From Promethearchaeota archaeon (GTDB taxonomy: Archaea; Asgardarchaeota; Lokiarchaeia; Sigyniarchaeales; SOKP01): a stretch of DNA of 13,495 bases. The stretch is from contig JABCSY010000107.1 in NCBI GenBank assembly GCA_018238625.1, positions 1-13,495 on the forward strand, read 5' to 3'. The first letter of the stretch is position 1. Every line of letters begins with the position of its first letter. Of the stretch, positions 7,533 to 13,495 are shown one piece after another. The position numbers were made by a program, and so were the translations under genes. The notes beneath the pieces are model-generated. The model was not told the DNA's origin. It saw nothing but the letters and a program-made list of their open reading frames with translations, and did not search any database.

Positions 7533-8426
7533 ATGGTAAATTCTATAAAAAATTCTAAAATAGAAATTGATATTGAAAATTGTACTGGATGTAAAGCGTG
7601 CGTTAAGGAATGTGTTGTTGGATTGTTTTATTTTGAAGCAGATTTGCTCCAATTAGTTGATACTTTTGAAGACTCTTGTATCTTATGCGGCCACTGTGAA
7701 GCTGTATGCCCTGTTGATGTGATCAGATTACTTTTTCATAAACAAGAAGTATTAGCAGATAACTCAATAAAGGAAAAGATTCCATCGTTTGATTCTTTTT
7801 TAAACCTTGCTTTAACCAGAAGGTCAATCCGACAATTCAAGGATAAGGCAATCTCTAAAGATTTAATAGAAAAATTATTAGAATTAGCTAGATATTCTCC
7901 CACTGGCAGTAATTCAGAAAATGTTTTCTATACTATAGTTCAAGACAAAGAAATTGTAACCGCTATATCAAATCACATAACTAAAAAAACAATTGGATTT
8001 GTCAAAGCGATTGAGACTCCTCAGGGGCGCGCTTATTTGAAAGAGCGAATGTCCGAAGAAGAGTTTAACCTAGCTGAAGAAAATCTTCCGACTACGAAAA
8101 GAATTCTAAAATCGATTGAACAAGGGATCGATTTTTGGTGTTGGAATGGAGAGTTAATCGTTATTCACGGAGATAAAGTTATAGGAGGGATGCCAGAAAA
8201 TTGTTCTCTGGCTGCGGCTCATATTATGCTCGCTGCTGAAACCTTAGGGTTGGGAACTTGCTCTTTAGGATATTTAACATTTCACATAAACCAATCTAAA
8301 ACGATAAGAGACTTGTTAAAGATTCCGGAGGGTCATTTTGTAGGATATTCTTTGACAATGGGGTACCCTAACGTAAAGTATAAAAGAATTCCTGAGCGAA
8401 AACCCCTAAGGGTTCAGTGGTTTTAA
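7533..8426 (+). CDS. Nitroreductase family protein with N-terminal 2x[4Fe-4S] ferredoxin domain
   Basis: CTGCKACVKEC and CILCGHCEAVCP; FMN-binding RRSIRQF, ARYSPTGSNSE, MLAAETLGLGTC.LG and MGYP. Confidence 0.93.
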   Translation: MVNSIKNSKIEIDIENCTGCKACVKECVVGLFYFEADLLQLVDTFEDSCILCGHCEAVCPVDVIRLLFHKQEVLADNSIKEKIPSFDSFLNLALTRRSIRQFKDKAISKDLIEKLLELARYSPTGSNSENVFYTIVQDKEIVTAISNHITKKTIGFVKAIETPQGRAYLKERMSEEEFNLAEENLPTTKRILKSIEQGIDFWCWNGELIVIHGDKVIGGMPENCSLAAAHIMLAAETLGLGTCSLGYLTFHINQSKTIRDLLKIPEGHFVGYSLTMGYPNVKYKRIPERKPLRVQWF

Positions 8427-8486
8427 AAACTGATTTAAGTGGAATCATTTACAAATTTAAGAAAGTTTTAGCTGATTTTAGTTTGG

Positions 8487-8522
8487 ATTATTTTATTTTT
8501 TTATTATTTTTTGTTTGGTTTG
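8487..8522 (+). terminator. Oligo-T tracts downstream of the nitroreductase (archaeal-type terminator)
   Basis: attattttattttttttattattttttgtttggtttg, about 60 nt after the stop codon. Confidence 0.45.
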
Positions 8523-8544
8523 ATACTTTCGTATAATATACATA

Positions 8545-8627
8545 TTCAGAATTTATACTCTGAATTCTGAATTCTGAATTATTAAATCAATATTTTCAGA
8601 ATATATATTCCGAATTCTGAATTATTA
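8545..8627. repeat. Array of seven TTCNGAA-type heptamers in two direct-repeat modules (candidate multi-site operator)
   Basis: Module 1: TTCAGAA(8545)-tttata-CTCTGAA-TTCTGAA-TTCTGAA-ttatta. Module 2: TTCAGAA(8595)-tatata-TTCCGAA-TTCTGAA-ttatta. The modules start 50 bp apart. Confidence 0.8.
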
Positions 8628-8709
8628 GAGCAATATTTTTATATCTAGATGATATTAAATATAATGTAATTTTAAAATAAAATGAACTTATATTTAGAAG
8701 TTGAAATAT

Positions 8710-9282
8710 ATGAGTGAAGATTTAAGTGAAGAAGCTTTTTGGAAAGGTATGGTAAAGAAGCATTGGACAGTTTTTGTAATTCTTTTAATTGCTTGTGTTG
8801 GAGTGGTTATTGGAGGGATTGCCGTAGTTTTAAGTTATATACCAAGCTCTCAGATTGGGTTGTATGGTTTAGGGACTTTTGATGATTTCTCGGTCGGAAC
8901 TTTTATTTTATGGTGGATTTTATTGATTTTGTGGGAATTCGTACTTGTTATTCTTCCGTTTATTGGATTTTGTTGCGTTGTAGGTGGGTTATACTGGTTT
9001 GTGATAATGTCTGAAGAAGATAAAGAAGCAATTAAAAGCAGAGAGAAAGATGAGAAGGAACATCGCCACCACACCAAAGAAGGCGGCGGTATTGGGTTTA
9101 TATTCACTATTGCCTTCCTATTAGTAGTGTTTATTGATGGTAATTGGTTGACTACGTTTGGTACAATGCCGTATAGCTATTTTGTAACAGCTTGGCTTCG
9201 GGGCTTTATGTGGACAATGATTATTGTAGGCATTCCTGGAATAGTAATAGCGTTTATCTATTTTTGGCGTAAAATTAAATAA
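8710..9282 (+). CDS. Hypothetical integral membrane protein (about 4 TM segments, charged His-containing central loop)
   Basis: Hydrophobic segments flank the loop SEEDKEAIKSREKDEKEHRHHTKEGGG. ATG 8710 is preferred over TTG 8701. Confidence 0.8.
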   Translation: MSEDLSEEAFWKGMVKKHWTVFVILLIACVGVVIGGIAVVLSYIPSSQIGLYGLGTFDDFSVGTFILWWILLILWEFVLVILPFIGFCCVVGGLYWFVIMSEEDKEAIKSREKDEKEHRHHTKEGGGIGFIFTIAFLLVVFIDGNWLTTFGTMPYSYFVTAWLRGFMWTMIIVGIPGIVIAFIYFWRKIK

Positions 9283-9402
9283 ATCAAAATAAATAACATT
9301 TTCTTTTTTTAACTATCTATAAAAGTCGTTAATTCGCTGCGATATAGAATCTATTGCAATATATAACGTAACAAGAAGGAAAACGAGAAAGAAGTCTAAA
9401 AA

Positions 9403-11682
9403 TCACTCCTTCTTTGGTTGGAATATGCCTTTTTCAATCAAGTTAAAAATAGTTTTATAATCTTTAGGAGAACACATATTTTCAGGCATTAAGTAAAGCG
9501 AATAGAAATAGTCGAACTTATTTTCTTTCATAAACGTCAAAGCTTTATTAACCATCTCTTTCTCATAGGTACTTAGCTTAATCTTAGGGTTCTGCTTTAC
9601 ACTTAATTTGTAAAGAAATGAAATATTAAGATGCTTTTCTATTAAATCATTCATATTCTTGAAAGGCTTCAAAATTCCTGCGAACTTGTCGATTTCGCCC
9701 CCATATTGTTTATATATCTCATAGGCTAAGTCTTCCATTATAAATTTAAAACTAGGAGAAGGATTTTCTTTCAACGTTATAATTAATTTTAGATTAACAA
9801 ACTCAGTTTGCATAACGATTGAATCTTTATATACTATATTCAATGTACGAGATTCCTTTGCAGCTTCTGACATCGCCGTTCCGAAATTACTGATAGCTTG
9901 CAAGAATCCTGAAATTAGGCTAGTATCTAGTTTTCGGCCACCAAGGGATTTCGAGAAAATATCAATTCCAGATTTCGTATCAATGACGATAATTTCGTTA
10001 ATATTTGAGATATCTGTACATTGACTCAAGAATTTTTCTAGTTTATTTCTTTGATAAGAGTTTATCCTCTTGTAGGCTATGTAAGAGACCAATCCTAATA
10101 CAATCGCCCCAAGAATTATTATAAAAATGATTAAAGGCAACGGAAATTCAGGCGTTGGAGGTGGCGTTGGCCCGCTAAGGGAAATTGAGAATTCCTGCGA
10201 TTGAACTCCAGCATTTATTTCACCATCACTAAACCAGAACACATATGCCGTATAAGTGCCATCAAGATCAGTTAAGCTAAGATCATACGAAAAGATTGTT
10301 TCTGAAGGGTACGTTATTGTCTGATTCTGTATAGGTATACCAGCAGAATCAAGTAAAACAAAAGTATACGTTCCAGATAAGATGGGTGTAAGAAGTGAGA
10401 ATTGCAACTCTTGGCCTAATATATATTCAGTTCTTTGAACGTTTAAAATAAATTCAACATTAGTGGAATCAGCAACGATCTCCCAATCTGCTCCATCTGA
10501 TATTGAATCGTTTAGAACAATAATTTTGTGATCTGTCGTATCTACTAATACACTTGAAGTAATATCAACTTCGTCCTTTAATACGCTTATATTCTCCCAG
10601 CTACTGGGATAATTAAATAAAACGCTATAATTAGTAGGTTGTCTTACGATCGTAGGCGTTACGCTCCATTTATTAGTTGCGCCTAATTGGGCTACAACGG
10701 AACTTGGAGCCAATAAATTATTAGTAAGAGTTACAAAAAAACTAACGTTGAAAAACAAACTCTCAGTGGCATTATTATATACTGAAATTTGATAGTTATC
10801 ACTATTTGGTGAAAAATCAACCAGTATCTTTTCTAAATATCCTTCCCCATTGTTAATCCCATTAGAGATATCATAAATTTGATCATTAATATTGACAGTC
10901 ATATTAATTTCTTCTGGATAAAGAGGAAGATTAACTCTCTGAACTAATTTATATAAAGGCACATTACCAAGTACACCATCAGGCCATGGAGGATCTATAT
11001 ATTCTGATACATTTAAGTTAGGATTTTTTGGGTCTATATCATTGTAATACCAATAATAATACGTATTAGGACCAGAAAGCATATTGGTTCCGTTTAAAAC
11101 TAAAAAATAATTTCCTATAGGAAGTGATATCCCCTCAGATGAAAAGTTTTGAAAATACCATCCTGCTGTGGTATTCACACTAATATTTGTAGAATAATAA
11201 ATTGTATTGTTTGGTGTATCATGAACAGAGTCATAACCTCTTAATTGTACTTGAATGATTTCAGTTGTAGTAATAAGCTTCCTAGCATAGATATATACGC
11301 CATAAATAGTAGTAGACACATTTAATTGAATCTGTACTCCTACACCAAGGAGTTTTTGAGGTTCATTTTGGAAATTTATCTCATATGAGTTTCCATACTG
11401 TTTATCTTCGATGGTGTTATTTTCTATAAATTGAATATTAGTAAAATTAAGTTTAATATCCTGAATAGACCATGAAGATGATGGTAATGTTAAATCTACA
11501 AAATTTACCTTTTGACTAGTTTCATTAAATTTTGAATATTCTTCCAAAACGAAATTAGTATTGAATCTTTGCGATGGTCCAATCCCATTTGCGGTAATAA
11601 TGTCAATTCTTGAAAATAAGCTTAAGAGAATAAATAGAGCAATCGATACTAAGCTAATTTTATTTAATATTTTTGTCTTCAT
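9403..11682 (-). CDS. Single-pass surface glycoprotein with cytoplasmic longin/roadblock-like domain
   Basis: Signal peptide (MKTKILNK + hydrophobic stretch); beta-rich ectodomain with about 17 N-x-S/T sequons; PTPPPTPEFP stalk; TM at about 10072-10140; 222-aa tail containing IIVIDTKSGIDIFS....LISGFLQAISNFG. Confidence 0.8.
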   Translation of the reverse strand: MKTKILNKISLVSIALFILLSLFSRIDIITANGIGPSQRFNTNFVLEEYSKFNETSQKVNFVDLTLPSSSWSIQDIKLNFTNIQFIENNTIEDKQYGNSYEINFQNEPQKLLGVGVQIQLNVSTTIYGVYIYARKLITTTEIIQVQLRGYDSVHDTPNNTIYYSTNISVNTTAGWYFQNFSSEGISLPIGNYFLVLNGTNMLSGPNTYYYWYYNDIDPKNPNLNVSEYIDPPWPDGVLGNVPLYKLVQRVNLPLYPEEINMTVNINDQIYDISNGINNGEGYLEKILVDFSPNSDNYQISVYNNATESLFFNVSFFVTLTNNLLAPSSVVAQLGATNKWSVTPTIVRQPTNYSVLFNYPSSWENISVLKDEVDITSSVLVDTTDHKIIVLNDSISDGADWEIVADSTNVEFILNVQRTEYILGQELQFSLLTPILSGTYTFVLLDSAGIPIQNQTITYPSETIFSYDLSLTDLDGTYTAYVFWFSDGEINAGVQSQEFSISLSGPTPPPTPEFPLPLIIFIIILGAIVLGLVSYIAYKRINSYQRNKLEKFLSQCTDISNINEIIVIDTKSGIDIFSKSLGGRKLDTSLISGFLQAISNFGTAMSEAAKESRTLNIVYKDSIVMQTEFVNLKLIITLKENPSPSFKFIMEDLAYEIYKQYGGEIDKFAGILKPFKNMNDLIEKHLNISFLYKLSVKQNPKIKLSTYEKEMVNKALTFMKENKFDYFYSLYLMPENMCSPKDYKTIFNLIEKGIFQPKKE

Positions 11683-11848
11683 GGGATAATTAATAAAATA
11701 TCAATCTTGATAAATAAGTTTTGGTTAATTATCAATTATCAATAATAAATACTATATAAATATTTTTTTAATAAATCATCAAAGTAATCTATTGTTAAAG
11801 ATAGAAATATTATAAAAAGATTATAGAAAGATCGAAATGTGATTAATT

Positions 11849-13156
11849 ATGGTAAAAAAGAAAACTGATGGAATGAGTGCTTGGTTTGGCATGTTTCCGC
11901 TATCAACATTTGGAGACGGAAGAAGTTATATAGTCCCAGGTATGGGAAATACCGGAGTATTCGAAACAGATGATGGTTTAGTTATTTTCGATGTACCTAT
12001 AAAACAGTACGCCAAAAAAACATTTAACGAAATAAGGCAACTCACGAATAAACCCGTTAAATACATAATCTATTCGCACGGGCACTTTGATCACGCTTTT
12101 GGTTACGGTCCTTTTATCGAAGAAATAAAAAAGAAAGGTTGGGACATGCCTGAAGTGATTGCTCACGAGAACTGTATCAAGCGATTTGAGAAATATAGAA
12201 CTCTCGATAAATACCACGATTGGATAAATAAACAACAATTCGCTTCAGTAAGGGGAAAGGACCAAGGGTTGCTCGTAAATGCCCACGAAACCTTAGACCC
12301 AACAATTATTCTTAGGGGTAACGAGGATTCGTATTCGTTTAAATTAGGAAAGGTCGATTTTGAGATCTACCACAATAAGGGGGAAACGGACGATTCAATT
12401 TGGTTGTGGGTACCAGAAAAGAAGACAATTTGTGCCGGTGATTTGATGATTTCGTCGTTTCCTAATATAGGGAACCCTTATAAAGTTCAGCGGTATCCTA
12501 AAGATTGGGCATTAGCAATGGAAAGAATGCGAGATAAAAACGCAGAATATTTAGTTCCGGGCCATGGAAGGCTCATCGAAGGTAAAGGGAAAGTAAAAGA
12601 CGTTTTATCGATTACAGCAGAAGCTATGCATTTTGTTCACGATGAGGTTGTAAAAAGATTAAACGAAGGAAAATGGTTCGAACAAATATACTTTGAAATG
12701 CTTGAAATCTTTCCAGAAAAGTTCAAAAAACACAATATTTTAAGACCCATTTATGGTTGTTATCGTTTCGCTATTCACGCCTCTTACAGACTTTATCACG
12801 GGTGGTATAACAGTGGAAATCCCACCGATCTTTTTCCAGCCAAAACGGATGATATCGCCCGAGAATTCTTAAAAATAAATAGCGAAGAAAAATACATGGA
12901 GCACGCCAAAAAGCTTTATTCTGAAGGTAAAAGACAGCTTGCTTTACACGTTCTTGATATAGTTGTAAAAGGAACTGATGAGAAAAACGTAGAAATTCTA
13001 ATTGACGCTTTAAAATTAAAAGTTAAGATCTTAAAAGAAAAAGTAAAAAATGAGCCCTCTTTCATAGCAGGGAACATTATCGATAATGCAGCTTATCAAA
13101 TAAAAAACAGATTAAAAAAAATGAATAAAAGAAATAGATTCGAAATTAAAATATAA
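11849..13156 (+). CDS. Metallo-beta-lactamase-fold hydrolase, alkyl sulfatase (SdsA1/BDS1-like) with dimerisation-type domain
   Basis: IIYSHGHFDH (HxHxDH), GETDDS.W.W.PE....AGD....FPN.GNP.K.QRY...W, LVPGHG and Y.GWY.SGNP.DL.P. GTGA RBS lies at 11839-11842. Confidence 0.88.
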   Translation: MVKKKTDGMSAWFGMFPLSTFGDGRSYIVPGMGNTGVFETDDGLVIFDVPIKQYAKKTFNEIRQLTNKPVKYIIYSHGHFDHAFGYGPFIEEIKKKGWDMPEVIAHENCIKRFEKYRTLDKYHDWINKQQFASVRGKDQGLLVNAHETLDPTIILRGNEDSYSFKLGKVDFEIYHNKGETDDSIWLWVPEKKTICAGDLMISSFPNIGNPYKVQRYPKDWALAMERMRDKNAEYLVPGHGRLIEGKGKVKDVLSITAEAMHFVHDEVVKRLNEGKWFEQIYFEMLEIFPEKFKKHNILRPIYGCYRFAIHASYRLYHGWYNSGNPTDLFPAKTDDIAREFLKINSEEKYMEHAKKLYSEGKRQLALHVLDIVVKGTDEKNVEILIDALKLKVKILKEKVKNEPSFIAGNIIDNAAYQIKNRLKKMNKRNRFEIKI

Positions 13157-13217
13157 ACAAAAACTACCAAAAACCCGCATATATTACTCCAAATCGAGCG
13201 ACTTAACTATAATAACT

Positions 13218-13495
13218 TTATATTATTAATGCGACAATTATCATAATTACAATAATAATAGTTGAACCAATATTCCATCTCTTGACTATTCTATTTTTCC
13301 TGCATTTGATTGCAACTTCCAGCTGGGGTTCTTCGACTTGTAGAGATTGATGATCTCGATCTTGAGATAACACTTGAGCACGATACAGCATTTTATTCAA
13401 CCTAGTAGCTATTTTGATGGGATCTTCTAAGTAACCGCTCGATTCTAAAAAAATGGGTTTCTTGTTCGGATATTGAAGGGCTAACATGGGATATT
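13218..13495 (-). CDS. 3' end of a hypothetical protein with a C-terminal membrane anchor, entering from beyond the window
   Basis: The frame is open from the window edge (YPMLALQYPNKKPIFLE...) and ends in basic residues followed by hydrophobic WNIGSTIIIVIMIIVALII. Confidence 0.6.
   Translation of the reverse strand, partial: YPMLALQYPNKKPIFLESSGYLEDPIKIATRLNKMLYRAQVLSQDRDHQSLQVEEPQLEVAIKCRKNRIVKRWNIGSTIIIVIMIIVALII

Noticed and set aside
8545-8627. Repeat array as a CRISPR array or replication-origin (ORB) cluster
   Set aside because: The units are 7 bp with no unique spacers, there is no G-string ORB motif, and no cas or cdc6 gene is in the window.
9338-9358. Imperfect inverted repeat tgcgatatagaatctattgca as a SECIS element or ncRNA
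   Set aside because: The stem is short and weak with no clear SECIS core, and no in-frame TGA at a Cys-homologous position was seen in nearby genes. It is more likely part of the terminator region between convergent genes.
11699-11742. TATCAA-TC-TTGATA palindrome and ttatcaa repeats, with similar words near 4166-4175 and 4255-4264, as an FNR/CRP-like regulon
   Set aside because: Half-site orientation and spacing do not match TTGAT-N4-ATCAA, and such short AT-rich words are expected by chance here.
1301-12238. Short ORFs 1301-1567(+), 3138-3335(+), 4787-4993(-), 7207-7443(-), 8850-9107(-) and 11978-12238(-)
   Set aside because: All lie wholly antisense within well-supported genes and have no recognisable motifs, so they are treated as shadow ORFs.

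Overview
An AT-rich (~30% GC by eye) chromosomal window that most likely comes from an Asgard archaeon (Lokiarchaeia-like). This is inferred from a gelsolin-domain protein, a single-pass surface protein with a cytoplasmic longin-like domain, and archaeal TATA boxes and GGTGA/GTGA ribosome-binding sites. Gene order: partial membrane-protein gene (-), membrane-anchored SAM methyltransferase (+), orphan permuted N6/N4 methyltransferase with a probable non-canonical start (-), gelsolin domain + acidic linker + tandem C-terminal repeat protein (+), a redox block (flavin reductase, cupin, two paralogous Cys-rich 2x[4Fe-4S] proteins flanking a Cys-rich ArsR-type regulator, ferredoxin-nitroreductase), a 4-TM protein behind an array of TTCNGAA heptamers, a 759-aa glycosylated receptor-like protein (-), an alkyl-sulfatase-like MBL hydrolase (+), and a partial ORF (-). 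No rRNA, tRNA, CRISPR array or mobile element was seen. The most notable signals are the receptor-like longin protein, the gelsolin fusion, a sharply bounded 56-bp near-identical tract shared by the Fe-S paralogs, and the heptamer array. All family calls are from motif recognition by eye, without database searches.
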